Positions 8,732-18,103 of a stretch of 64,000 bases of DNA are shown piece after piece. The DNA lies in assembly GCA_001779915.1 (NCBI GenBank), contig MFEJ01000023.1, positions 6,165 to 70,164 on the forward strand, given 5' to 3'. Both the position numbers and the translations under genes were made by a program. The notes beneath the pieces are model-generated. The model made no database searches. It had not been told where the DNA came from and was given only the letters and a program-made list of their open reading frames with translations. The stretch is from Candidatus Doudnabacteria bacterium RIFCSPHIGHO2_01_FULL_45_18. Its GTDB lineage: Bacteria; Patescibacteriota; Doudnabacteria; UBA920; O2-02-FULL-48-8. Within the stretch, counting starts at the first letter, position 1; every line of letters starts with the position of its first letter.

Positions 8732-10474
8732 ATGCGCAATCTTTGGCTGATTATTAAAAATTTTTTCCGTCATCTTTGGCAAGGATTAAGGCTGGTTCCA
8801 TATCTCCGCCGCCAGCAAATTCCACACGTCTTGGAGAACTTTACCAAACGGGAGAGAAACGTCGTCATTGCAAGCCTGCTCGTCATAATTTTGTCTAGCG
8901 GGTTTTTAATTAACGAATTATTTGCGGATGATGGTCTGGGGCCAAACTACGGCGGCGTCTTAACTGAAGGCTTGGTTGGTCAGCCACAATACATTAACCC
9001 CGTGCTTGCTCCCGCCAGTGGCGTGGATTCGGATTTAAGCCGCGTAGTCTATGCCCAGTTGCTGAAATTTGACCAAAACCAAAACCTGCAACCAGATTTG
9101 GCAGCCAATCTGCCTGAAGTCAGCGCTGACCGCAAAACATATACTCTCAAATTGCGTAACAATCTCCAATGGCAGGACGGCAAACCACTAACCGCAGATG
9201 ACGTGGTGTTTACCATCCAAACTATTCAAAATGCCGAATACGAATCTCCGCTGCGGGCCAACTGGACCCGGGTCAAAGTTCAAAAGCTGGATGATGTAAC
9301 GCTCTCGTTCCAAATTCGGGAAGCATCAGCTGGATTTGCGTTAAACTTCACCTTGGGAATTATTCCCAAGCATGTCTGGGGTGAATTGACCCCGCAAAAT
9401 TTTCGGCTATCCGACTATAATCTGAAGGCCGTGGGTTCCGGACCGTTCATGATTACGGAAATTAAAAAAACTTCTGATGGCACCATTAAGTCCGTCAATC
9501 TTAAAAGCCATGCGGACTACTTTGCGGGAGAACCTTTTATCAACCGGCTGACTTTCCGATTCTATGACAGCTATGATAATCTGCTGAATGCATATCAGGG
9601 CAAAGAAATTCAGAGTCTGGGGTTTGTGCCATTTGATAAACAGGCGTTTCTGACCGCCAATGACAAGGTTAACCAATATCAAGCTAATCTTCCGCAATAC
9701 GAAGCGGTATTCTTCAATCTAAGCAAAGCGCCGGTGTCTGAAAAAGCTGTGCGGCAGGCCCTGTGGCTAATGACAGATCGAAGTAAAATCATTGATGAAG
9801 TTTACAAGGGTAATGCTGCGGCTGCTTTCGGTCCGATTTTGCCGGGCAGTCTTGGATACAACGCCAGTATCGAACAAGCAGCGCACTACGACTTAACTGA
9901 AGCCGCGAAAATTCTAGACAAAGCCGGCTGGGTGCTCGGCCCTGGCGCGACCGTGCGCATGAAAAATAAAAAACCTCTGGAATTTACCCTGGCCACGAGC
10001 GGTATGCAAATGCTCAATGTCAAAACCGCGCAGATTCTGCAGAGTCAATGGGAACAGCTGGGCGCGAAAGTGCATCTCAATATCGTCAGTTCCAAAGATC
10101 TGGATCAGAATTACATTCGGTCGCGCAATTTTGATGCGATTCTCGTAGCGGAAAATGTCGGCGCGGATCCGGATCCATATCCGTTCTGGCACTCAAGTCA
10201 ATCGCATGACCCAGGGTTGAACTTGTCTGGATTTAACAACTCGGAAGTAGATAAACTCATTACGGAAGCTAGACTTACTGCGGACGAGAATGTGCGCATA
10301 AAAAATTATGCGCGCTTCCAGGAAATTATTAACGAGCAGTTGCCAGCCATCTTCCTGGTCCGCTCGCTGTATATCTATAACACGCCCAAAAAAATGCTGG
10401 ATGTGAATCTAAGCAACATTGTGGCTCCCTCGGAACGATTCGCTGACATCAGCCACTGGTATTTTAGCGATTAG
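8732..10474 (+). CDS. ABC transporter substrate-binding protein, family 5 (OppA/DppA-like), solo
   Basis: 580 aa with an N-terminal TM anchor and SBP_bac_5-like sequence; no adjacent permease genes. Confidence 0.7.
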   Translation: MRNLWLIIKNFFRHLWQGLRLVPYLRRQQIPHVLENFTKRERNVVIASLLVIILSSGFLINELFADDGLGPNYGGVLTEGLVGQPQYINPVLAPASGVDSDLSRVVYAQLLKFDQNQNLQPDLAANLPEVSADRKTYTLKLRNNLQWQDGKPLTADDVVFTIQTIQNAEYESPLRANWTRVKVQKLDDVTLSFQIREASAGFALNFTLGIIPKHVWGELTPQNFRLSDYNLKAVGSGPFMITEIKKTSDGTIKSVNLKSHADYFAGEPFINRLTFRFYDSYDNLLNAYQGKEIQSLGFVPFDKQAFLTANDKVNQYQANLPQYEAVFFNLSKAPVSEKAVRQALWLMTDRSKIIDEVYKGNAAAAFGPILPGSLGYNASIEQAAHYDLTEAAKILDKAGWVLGPGATVRMKNKKPLEFTLATSGMQMLNVKTAQILQSQWEQLGAKVHLNIVSSKDLDQNYIRSRNFDAILVAENVGADPDPYPFWHSSQSHDPGLNLSGFNNSEVDKLITEARLTADENVRIKNYARFQEIINEQLPAIFLVRSLYIYNTPKKMLDVNLSNIVAPSERFADISHWYFSD

Positions 10475-10535
10475 CGATATACAATAAGTTACTCGGGTAC
10501 GTGGCGGAACTGGCATTATATTGTGTGCAGTTGGC

Positions 10536-10622
10536 GGGCGTGTGGTGGAATTGGCATACACGTACGCTTCAGGAGCGTATAGGCGAAAGCCTGTGAGAGT
10601 TCAAATCTCTCCACGCCCACCA
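10536..10622 (+). tRNA. tRNA-Leu (anticodon CAG)
   Basis: 7-bp acceptor stem GGGCGTG/CACGCCC; D-arm GTGGAATTGGCATACAC; anticodon loop TTCAGGA; long variable arm; T-arm GAGAGTTCAAATCTCTC; encoded CCA. Confidence 0.85.
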
Positions 10623-10755
10623 ACTGCCCATAATGCGTCCCGCCAAAGGCGGGAAAATCCCTGCCTGTCGGCAGGCAGGTCTCCGTACCCACCAGAATAG
10701 AGAAATCTTTAAGGCCCCAAAAGGGCTATTTTTATTGGCTAAAAACGCTTAACTA

Positions 10756-10784
10756 TTGACAAAACCCCTAAAAAGGCGTATACT
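10756..10784 (+). promoter_or_regulatory. consensus sigma70-type promoter TTGACA-N17-TATACT
   Basis: Perfect -35 hexamer, 17-nt spacer, near-consensus -10, about 60 nt upstream of the GC-rich islet gene. Confidence 0.45.
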
Positions 10785-10844
10785 TATATGTTTTGTACAC
10801 TTCACTTCCGAAGTCACAAACGGGCCCAAAGGAGGGCTTAACAG

Positions 10845-11342
10845 ATGAGTATGGAACTCGAGAACTTGATGCGTGGCGCAATCGCTCGAAGCGGACAACT
10901 GCTGGAAGTAATCCTGGTCAACGTGATTTTCAACATTCTCGCCGTGACCATGGGACTGTTCGGTGTGTACCTCGTGGCAGTCGTGCGAACGCCGCAAGCC
11001 TACATGTTTGCGCCGTACGTGATCGCCGGTTCGATGGCACTGGCTGCCAAGGCCGGATTTCTCCTCCATCGCAAATGGAGCGAATACGCGAAAGTGGAAC
11101 GGGTCAGCGAACAGCACGCTGGCGCATTCGTGAACCCGTCGGTCAACGCAAGAAACGAAAGCAGGGTGTCGGTAGGCATCGCCAACTTGATGGCTGTGGC
11201 CGCGATCGCGCTCCCAGTGCTGATCTACAGCTACATGCAGATTTGGACGCAGTCGCCGTCAATGATCGGCGTCCTGCAGGTCCTCCCGTCGCTCGGCATT
11301 ACCATCCTCAGCGTTTGGGCCTGGATTGACTCGGCCCGATAG
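10845..11342 (+). CDS. hypothetical integral membrane protein (about 4 TM) in GC-rich islet
   Basis: RBS AAGGAGGG upstream of the ATG; about 60% GC against a 45% background. Confidence 0.5.
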   Translation: MSMELENLMRGAIARSGQLLEVILVNVIFNILAVTMGLFGVYLVAVVRTPQAYMFAPYVIAGSMALAAKAGFLLHRKWSEYAKVERVSEQHAGAFVNPSVNARNESRVSVGIANLMAVAAIALPVLIYSYMQIWTQSPSMIGVLQVLPSLGITILSVWAWIDSAR

Positions 11343-11382
11343 CTATCCTTTCATCAACACGAGTTTTCACAGGAGCACAGAC

Positions 11383-12189
11383 ATGAACGGACTGATTCGA
11401 TTTGCCGCCTTTCTCGTCGTCACCTCGTTCGCAACGATCGCCACGGCGCAGGAACCGCAGGCCGAACCGCGCGAGCGGTTCACGATCATGGGCGGTGGCG
11501 GGCACAGAACCCTCACCGACTCCTCGTGGGTCGGGTCTGGCGGACCCACCAGCATGACCGACGTGAAGTTCGCCGGCTCAACCGGGGAACTGACGGGCTA
11601 TGCCTGGATCACGAAGAACGCCTTCGTGAAAGGATCCATTGAACGCGGATCCTTAACTCCAGACCGGATGATTTTTAACGGTCAGGGAACTGACGCGTTG
11701 AGATATCAGCGCCACCAGGCGCTGATCGGCTGGGCATTCACCTACGGGTCAATCGCCGGGGGCGTTGATCAGGTTTCTTTCGAACGAAACCAAGCTGGCC
11801 CGTACTCCTGGTCAGCTTGGCGGACGATCACCCGGACCGAAATGTTCGGTCCCGTGCTGGAACTCAATTTGGGATCGACGTTCGGCCGGTTCTATGTCGG
11901 CGAACAGTTCCAGTACAATCCGTTGATGCCGGGAACGTTCCGGCTGATCTCCGGACAAGATGGACTCGCACCGTCCCTGGACCAAGTCCAGAGCGGTCAC
12001 AACTGGTCAGCCTTCGAGCTCGCGATCAAAAGCGAGCTGGAGATCTACCGCGGCGTGGGTCTGACCATGAAGTGGGACATCAGCCGACGTTCCGAAACGG
12101 ACGTCGACACATTTCCCGGCCAAGAAGTGAACCGCCAGAAAGACAGCCAGCGATTCATGGTCGGCGCGATCTATCGATTCGAAAAGTAA
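11383..12189 (+). CDS. secreted beta-barrel-like protein (outer-membrane-protein-like) in GC-rich islet
   Basis: RBS AGGAG 7 nt from the ATG; signal peptide MNGLIRFAAFLVVTSFATIATAQEP; alternating amphipathic beta-strand pattern; C-terminal ...GAIYRFEK. Confidence 0.45.
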   Translation: MNGLIRFAAFLVVTSFATIATAQEPQAEPRERFTIMGGGGHRTLTDSSWVGSGGPTSMTDVKFAGSTGELTGYAWITKNAFVKGSIERGSLTPDRMIFNGQGTDALRYQRHQALIGWAFTYGSIAGGVDQVSFERNQAGPYSWSAWRTITRTEMFGPVLELNLGSTFGRFYVGEQFQYNPLMPGTFRLISGQDGLAPSLDQVQSGHNWSAFELAIKSELEIYRGVGLTMKWDISRRSETDVDTFPGQEVNRQKDSQRFMVGAIYRFEK

Positions 12190-12227
12190 CCATTTTCTTC
12201 GTCTCTCCTCAAGCAAGGGGATAAAAA

Positions 12228-12258
12228 GAGCAGTACGTGCAATACGCTGCTCTTTTTT
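12228..12258 (+). terminator. rho-independent terminator closing the islet
   Basis: Stem GAGCAG...CTGCTC followed by TTTTTT. Confidence 0.5.
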
Positions 12259-12314
12259 CTTGCCCAAATTTTATTTGAATTTTGAATTTTAATTTTTGAA
12301 TTTTCTAGTTAAGG

Positions 12315-12343
12315 TTGACAAGAGGCCCATTCGGGTGTATACT
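12315..12343 (+). promoter_or_regulatory. consensus promoter TTGACA-N17-TATACT upstream of rnj, with a leader of about 180 nt
   Basis: Same hexamers as the promoter at 10756. Confidence 0.45.
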
Positions 12344-12525
12344 ATATATACAGTGAATCTCTTGGAAATCTAAATAATCCGTTCGTTAACAGAAAATAGT
12401 CTGTAATCTTGTATTGACTATTTTGTGTTAATTGAACTTTCAGGCCGTGGGTTTAGCCCCGTTTGAAGTTCTATCTATGTAATTATTTCGTAAAGTAACA
12501 CAGTTACGATGAAGGATTTTTTGCG

Positions 12526-14301
12526 ATGATTTTTCGCAAACCAAACCTGCCTACCGGCAGGCAGGCGCAACCAGTTGCTACGCGCGAAAAAGAAAAAGTA
12601 GCGACACCGCAGACCAAAACCGACAACAAAGCGGCGCTCAAGATTATCCCCTTGGGTGGAATTGAGGAAGTCGGAGAAAACATGACTGTACTCGAGTACG
12701 GTGATGATATTCTTGTCATTGACATGGGACTCGGATTTCCAGACGAGACTATGCCGGGAATTGATTACATCATCCCGAACACCAAATATCTGGAAGATAA
12801 CAAAAAGCGCATCAAAGGCGTGATTATCACTCACGGACATTTGGACCACATTGGCGCCATCCCCTACATCATGCCGAAAATTGGCGACCCGCCGATTTAT
12901 ACCATGAAGTTAACCGGGGAACTGATTAAAAAACGTTTAGAGGAATTTCATCTGCTTGGCCGCTCCCAAATTCACGAACTGAACAAAGATGATGTTCTGA
13001 CTTTGGGGAATTTCCGCATCCGATTCTTCCGAATCAACCACAATATTCCGGATGGCGTGGGTTTGGCGATCAATACGCCAACCGGGCTTCTGATTTACGC
13101 CACGGACTGGAAATTTGACCATACACCTGTAGATGGCCGACCGACGGAATTTGATAAATTGGCCAAATTCGGCGGCGAAGGTGTGGCGCTGCTCATGTCT
13201 GACTCCACCAACGCGGAAAAACCGGGTTATTCCATGTCCGAAAAAACTTTGGGTGATACGATTGATCGAATTATGTCTGATGCGAAAGGCCGCGTAATTT
13301 TCGCGACCTTCTCTACCCTCATTTCCCGTGTCCAGCAAGTGATTGACGCGGCTTATAAATCCAATCGCAAGATTGTGATCACTGGCCGCTCGCTTGTGAA
13401 TAACGTGGAAATTTGTCTGGCCACCAATTATCTAAAAATGCCTGCCAAAGGCATGATCATAAAAATGGAACAGGCCAAGAAACTTCCTGACAATCAAGTC
13501 GTGATCTTAACCACTGGTTCCCAAGGCGAAGAAGCCTCGGCTCTAGCGCGCATCGCCAGAAGCGAACACAAAACGATTGAGATCAAAAAGGGCGACACCT
13601 GCGTGGTGTCTGCTTCCCCGATTCCAGGTAATGAACGAGCCGTGTCGGGAATTTTGTCCAACCTGGCGCGCTTAGGCGCCAAGGTTTTGTACCAAAAAAT
13701 CTTAGACATCCACACTTCCGGACACGCGTATCAGGAAGATTTGAAGCTCATGATTTCTCTGACCAAACCGAAAAACTTCATGCCGATTCACGGCGAGCAC
13801 CACATGTTAGTGGCTCACGCGAATCTCGCGCACGATGTCGGCGTCCCGGATGAAAATATTTTCACCCTGGATAACGGCCAGATGCTTGAGATGTCAGGAT
13901 CAGGAGTCCGCATCCTAGAAGCGAAAATCCCCACCGGCTACGTCTATGTGGACGGACTGGGCGTTGGTGACGTCGGCGAGGTGGTTTTACGCGATCGACA
14001 GGTTATGAGCAAAGATGGCATGTTTGTCATCATCATGACCATTGACCGCAAAACTAGTAAACTTACCCAAGCGCCGGATATTATTTCCAGAGGCTTTATC
14101 TACATGAAAGGCTCGGAAGATTTACTCAAAGAAGTCAAACACGAAGTCCGCAAAGTTGTGGAAAGCAAAGGAAAAAATGGCGGCATGCGTGAACCCAACT
14201 GGGCCTTTGTCCGCTCGGAAGTTCGGGATCAAATCGGCGAATTTCTGTTCCAGAGAACGGAACGAAGACCGATGGTCCTACCAGTTGTGATTGAAGTATA
14301 A
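12526..14301 (+). CDS. rnj: ribonuclease J (metallo-beta-lactamase / beta-CASP)
   Basis: LKIIPLGGIEEVGENMTVLEY start and the HxHxDH motif (ITHGHLDHIGAIP); 591 aa. The roughly 40-aa N-terminal extension contains an in-frame family B palindrome. Confidence 0.85.
   Translation: MIFRKPNLPTGRQAQPVATREKEKVATPQTKTDNKAALKIIPLGGIEEVGENMTVLEYGDDILVIDMGLGFPDETMPGIDYIIPNTKYLEDNKKRIKGVIITHGHLDHIGAIPYIMPKIGDPPIYTMKLTGELIKKRLEEFHLLGRSQIHELNKDDVLTLGNFRIRFFRINHNIPDGVGLAINTPTGLLIYATDWKFDHTPVDGRPTEFDKLAKFGGEGVALLMSDSTNAEKPGYSMSEKTLGDTIDRIMSDAKGRVIFATFSTLISRVQQVIDAAYKSNRKIVITGRSLVNNVEICLATNYLKMPAKGMIIKMEQAKKLPDNQVVILTTGSQGEEASALARIARSEHKTIEIKKGDTCVVSASPIPGNERAVSGILSNLARLGAKVLYQKILDIHTSGHAYQEDLKLMISLTKPKNFMPIHGEHHMLVAHANLAHDVGVPDENIFTLDNGQMLEMSGSGVRILEAKIPTGYVYVDGLGVGDVGEVVLRDRQVMSKDGMFVIIMTIDRKTSKLTQAPDIISRGFIYMKGSEDLLKEVKHEVRKVVESKGKNGGMREPNWAFVRSEVRDQIGEFLFQRTERRPMVLPVVIEV
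12547..12566 (+). repeat. family B GC palindrome CCTGCCTACCGGCAGGCAGG, in-frame in the rnj N-terminal extension
   Basis: Translated PTGRQA; same motif at 10659, 8338, 42393 and 60169. Confidence 0.7.
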
Positions 14302-14302
14302 A

Positions 14303-14388
14303 AGACCTCCCCTACCCCTCCTTTTAAGGAGGGGTATTGTTTTTATCTCTCCTCCTTTTAAGGAGGAGATTAAGAGGAGGTCTAAAAA
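14303..14388 (+). repeat. nested palindrome complex (family C) downstream of rnj
   Basis: Outer stem AGACCTCC...GGAGGTCT encloses CCCCTCCTTTTAAGGAGGGGT and TCTCCTCCTTTTAAGGAGGAGA; the first inner unit also occurs inside valS. Confidence 0.7.
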
Positions 14389-14398
14389 AACAAACCGC

Positions 14399-14424
14399 TC
14401 CGAATGGGACGGTTTTTTGATGCA
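14399..14424 (+). terminator. rho-independent terminator after rnj
   Basis: Hairpin ACCGCTCCGAATGGGACGGT followed by TTTTTT. Confidence 0.5.
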
Positions 14425-14519
14425 AAAAAAGAAGCGCGTGGTGACGAAAGACACCGTCAGGAATCTGACTACAAATAGTAGCACTTTCCAAAGCAAAAAG
14501 CAAGAGCTATAATATCCTC

Positions 14520-15560
14520 ATGCAAGAAACTATCCTTTCTGGTATCCGCGCCTCGGGCAAATTACATCTTGGCAACTATCTAGGTGCTTTAAAGCAATTT
14601 GTGGAATTACAAAATGGAAACTCGTCCGCCGAAGCCTCGGCGAAGGCGGATTGCTATTTTTTTATTGCTGATCTTCACGCACTCACTACCCCGTTTGAAC
14701 CCAAAGAACTGTCACAGAACACGCTGGAAGTAGCCGCTGAATATCTGGCCGCCGGTATTGATCCGGATAAATCGGTGTTTTTTTTGCAAAGCCAAGTTTT
14801 AGAACACGCCCAACTCGCCTGGATCTTTAATTGCCTAACTTCTATAGGCGAACTTGAAAGGATGACTCAATTTAAGGAGAAGACCGAATTTAATGTTACC
14901 GCACGCGGCCGAACTTTAACTATGGGTCACCCAAATAAATTTATAGGCGCTGGGCTTCTAACATATCCGACTCTCATGGCCGCAGACATTTTACTTTACA
15001 AACCTACCGCAGTTCCTGTTGGCGATGACCAAACCCAACATGTGGAATTGACGCGCGACATCGCGAAAAAATTTAACAATCGTTTCGGCGAAACTTTTCC
15101 GATTCCCAAAACTTTTGAACCTGCCCGCCGAAGCCTTGGCGAAGGCGGGAAAAAGCCCCTGCGCATTATGAGCCTAACTGACCCAACCAAAAAAATGAGT
15201 AAGACTGGTGATGAGGCGTTGATGCTTGCTGATTCCCCGGATGAAATTCTGCGCAAACTCAAAAAGGCTGTCACGGCCACCGATACAAACCAAGGCTCAC
15301 CCGGGGTTGATAATCTTAAATTTTTACTGGACCAATTCGGTGGAACTGATCAAGTTCAAGATTTTACTAAATACAATGACGTGAAAGAAACACTTGCTAA
15401 AGTCATTACTAACTACTTTGCTGATTTTCGTGAGAAGAAAGCTAAACTTTTACAAAATCCCAAACAAGTGACTGACATTTTGAATGCTGGCGCGGCCAAA
15501 GCGCAAAAAATCGCATCCCGAACGTTAAACGAAGTGAAGGCAAAAATTGGGTTGATTTAA
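14520..15560 (+). CDS. trpS: tryptophan--tRNA ligase
   Basis: Class I synthetase with a KMSKT (KMSKS) motif and N-terminal GIRASGKLHLGNYLGAL. Confidence 0.8.
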   Translation: MQETILSGIRASGKLHLGNYLGALKQFVELQNGNSSAEASAKADCYFFIADLHALTTPFEPKELSQNTLEVAAEYLAAGIDPDKSVFFLQSQVLEHAQLAWIFNCLTSIGELERMTQFKEKTEFNVTARGRTLTMGHPNKFIGAGLLTYPTLMAADILLYKPTAVPVGDDQTQHVELTRDIAKKFNNRFGETFPIPKTFEPARRSLGEGGKKPLRIMSLTDPTKKMSKTGDEALMLADSPDEILRKLKKAVTATDTNQGSPGVDNLKFLLDQFGGTDQVQDFTKYNDVKETLAKVITNYFADFREKKAKLLQNPKQVTDILNAGAAKAQKIASRTLNEVKAKIGLI

Positions 15561-15751
15561 CTGCCCACTCTTGATTTTTTAAAAAATCAGGAATACAATG
15601 AATATGAGAGAGAAGTGGGGTTTCTGCCCAATGAAACAAACACTGATTATCAAACAAATAGTCCAAAATAACAGCATAAGGATCAACCTGCAAAAGGGCT
15701 AAGTTTTGGTCACACGCGAGTGTGATTTTCGTTTCTTTAGGAGGAACAATC

Positions 15752-16063
15752 ATGTTATGGGTTCAATGCCGGACAGAAGACGACGCGCATCGCCTTCTCG
15801 TATTCGCTCTGGCGGGATCGCTTAACGGTGGGCACTTAACGCCTGCTCGGATCAGCGGTGTATGTCCGCGTAGCGTAGATGTCCTGCTGCCTCCCGAAGA
15901 GGTTCGGGATGACAAAATCCAATGGATTCGTCGCTTCCCATGCGTCGAACAAGCAAACTGGTCCTACGACCCATCTCCCTTCCCTGATTCAGCAACTCTT
16001 CTGCAAGCAGAACTCAATAGCAGTCGATTTGCTCTGGACCCCTCCATCAACCCCGACTACTAA
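15752..16063 (+). CDS. hypothetical small Cys-containing protein in a GC-rich patch (possibly acquired); coding status uncertain
   Basis: Strong RBS TAGGAGGAACAATC before the ATG; GC about 55-57%; terminator-like hairpin at 16088-16120. Confidence 0.3.
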   Translation: MLWVQCRTEDDAHRLLVFALAGSLNGGHLTPARISGVCPRSVDVLLPPEEVRDDKIQWIRRFPCVEQANWSYDPSPFPDSATLLQAELNSSRFALDPSINPDY

Positions 16064-16130
16064 GTTTGGGGTTCTCTTTTTGATTTCGTTTTGCAACCTT
16101 TTGCACGACCGTGCAAAAGGTTGTACATAA

Positions 16131-16931
16131 TTATTTTTGGATTAATCTCCGAATTATCTTTTTTGTTTCTTCTGGACCCGCAACCGGGATATAATCCACG
16201 CCAGTTTTGACGATGGCATAGTCATTACCGCCAGGAAAAATCGCATCGCCGATGAATAACATTTTCTTGATCGGAACTTGAAGATGTTTTTGGATCTGAT
16301 GAATACCGTAAGCCTTATCAATCCCTTTTTTCGTGACATCAATGGAGGTAAATCCCGCGGCTCGAACTTCTAGATCCGGCAGCCGCCTCTGCACGGCTTT
16401 GGCAATTTTCATCTTCAAGTCTTTGTTCTTCCTAAGCCAGGCTTCTTTCATCGCCACGCCCTTTTTCTTACCCAAAATCGCCACCACATCCTGGCCAATG
16501 GCGGAAAAAGTCATTTGCGTCCGTCGATCTTCTAAAACCTTGCCATAGACTTTCTTCGGATGCCTGTAGCCTACTTCCCTCAATCCCTCTTGGAACGCTT
16601 TTCTGATTCTCTGTTTCTGTGATTTCGTGAGTGTCAAAGCGTAAACTTTCTTCCAGCCATTGTGGTAGCGGTAATAAGCCGTGGAAGTTGTGGGAAATAA
16701 AGACAAATCTTTAAAGAAAAATTTCGGGGTTTTCAGATGCCTCAAAAACTGCTCTTGAAAAATCGCGTATTTGCCGCCGCCAATAACCGCCACCTTCTTT
16801 GACATCAGAAGTCTTGTGATCAGTAAGGACATTTCCCGGTCCAGGGCGGACTTGGTCTTGGTGAGTGTCCCATCCAGGTCAAAAACGATTAAATCTTTCG
16901 CCTCAAGTTTTTTCAGATTAGAAATTCTCAT
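16131..16931 (-). CDS. HAD-superfamily hydrolase, subfamily IIB (Cof/PMM-like)
   Basis: FDLDGTL motif and a C-terminal GD motif; 266 aa. Confidence 0.7.
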   Translation of the reverse strand: MRISNLKKLEAKDLIVFDLDGTLTKTKSALDREMSLLITRLLMSKKVAVIGGGKYAIFQEQFLRHLKTPKFFFKDLSLFPTTSTAYYRYHNGWKKVYALTLTKSQKQRIRKAFQEGLREVGYRHPKKVYGKVLEDRRTQMTFSAIGQDVVAILGKKKGVAMKEAWLRKNKDLKMKIAKAVQRRLPDLEVRAAGFTSIDVTKKGIDKAYGIHQIQKHLQVPIKKMLFIGDAIFPGGNDYAIVKTGVDYIPVAGPEETKKIIRRLIQK

Positions 16932-16982
16932 AAGCCACTAAAGTCTACCAAAAAGGGCTAAAAATTGCTAGAATAAATCGTT

Positions 16983-18035
16983 ATGTCATTTTCAGTCGGA
17001 ATCGTTGGGCTACCAAATGTCGGCAAGTCCACATTATTTAACGCTTTAACGAAGCAGCAAGCCGCGGCTTCGAATTTTCCCTTTACCACGATTGATCCGA
17101 ACGTGGGTGTCATTAACGTGCCCGATGAACGGTTGGCGAAACTGGCGGCTTTGGAAAAATCCGAAAAAATTGTGCCCACCTCAATCGAATTCGTGGACAT
17201 TGCCGGGCTGGTCAAGGGTGCTGCCGAAGGCGCTGGCCTTGGCAATAAATTCCTGTCGCACATCCGGGAAGTAGACGCTATTGTCCAGGTGGTGCGTTTT
17301 TTCGAAAATAAAGACATTATTCATGTGGATGGTTCCGTGAATCCAGCGCGAGATATTGAAGTAATCAATATGGAACTCATGCTGGCAGATCTTAATACTG
17401 TTAGTAAACGTCTGGAAAGTTTGCATAAAGAAATCAAAGGTGGGAGTAAAGAAGCCCTGGTCCTCAAATCAGCCTTAGAAAAAATTAAAACCGCTTTGGA
17501 AAAAGGTGATCTGGCTAGATCCGTAAATATGAACGAAGAAGAATCGCGTTTAATGAAAGGCTTAAGTCTCTTAACCATGAAGCCCACATTGTACGTAGCC
17601 AACGCCTCATCTAAGGTTGAGCCGTTGAATGGCATTGAGTTTTTAACGATTGACGTCAAAATTGAATCCGAGCTTGCTGAACTAAAAGACGACGAACGCG
17701 CCGAATACATGAAAGAATTAGGAATAAATGAGTCAGGGCTTGATCGTCTGGCAGCGGCTTCGTATAAACTTTTAAACTTGATCACTTTTATCACAGCCGG
17801 ATCCAAAGAAAGCAAAGCTTGGACAATCGTAGCTGGCACCAAAGCCCCGCAAGCGGCCGGAGTCATCCACACTGACTTTGAAAAAGGCTTTATTCGAGCG
17901 GAAATCATCCAATGGGACAAACTCTTGGAGGCTGGAGGCTACCCAGGTGCTCGCGATAAAGGCTGGCTACGAGTGGAAGGCAAAGAATACGTCATGATGG
18001 ATGGCGATGTCGCGCATTTTCGCTTCAATGTATAG
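16983..18035 (+). CDS. ychF: ribosome-binding ATPase YchF
   Basis: GIVGLPNVGKSTLFNALT G1 motif, TGS domain; 350 aa. Confidence 0.9.
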   Translation: MSFSVGIVGLPNVGKSTLFNALTKQQAAASNFPFTTIDPNVGVINVPDERLAKLAALEKSEKIVPTSIEFVDIAGLVKGAAEGAGLGNKFLSHIREVDAIVQVVRFFENKDIIHVDGSVNPARDIEVINMELMLADLNTVSKRLESLHKEIKGGSKEALVLKSALEKIKTALEKGDLARSVNMNEEESRLMKGLSLLTMKPTLYVANASSKVEPLNGIEFLTIDVKIESELAELKDDERAEYMKELGINESGLDRLAAASYKLLNLITFITAGSKESKAWTIVAGTKAPQAAGVIHTDFEKGFIRAEIIQWDKLLEAGGYPGARDKGWLRVEGKEYVMMDGDVAHFRFNV

Positions 18036-18103
18036 TACTATTCAACTTGTCCCTCTCCCCTTGCGGGAGAGGGTGGCGCGATAGCGCCGGGTGAGGGGTT
18101 ATT

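Noticed and set aside
10793-11329. Arg/Gly-rich 178-aa ORF overlapping the islet membrane-protein gene in another frame
   Set aside because: A typical spurious open frame of GC-rich DNA; the alternative frame (10845..11342) has an RBS and a coherent TM pattern.
10475-12300. Integrase or attachment-site repeat expected for a tRNA-adjacent island
   Set aside because: I searched both strands of the islet and its flanks. No tyrosine/serine recombinase ORF was found and no direct repeat of the tRNA-Leu 3' end, so the islet cannot be called a bona fide integrative element.
12475-12849. 124-aa minus-strand ORF overlapping the rnj start
   Set aside because: It is antisense to the highly conserved RNase J N-terminus and to its leader, with no independent support.
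15600-16080. tmRNA, RNase P RNA or SRP RNA in the GC-rich stretch after trpS
   Set aside because: No tRNA-like acceptor/T-arm ends, no GGAAAGTCCGG / ACAGAACCCGGCTTA P4 halves and no SRP domain IV GGAA-tetraloop motif were found. A strong RBS + ATG fits a small CDS better.
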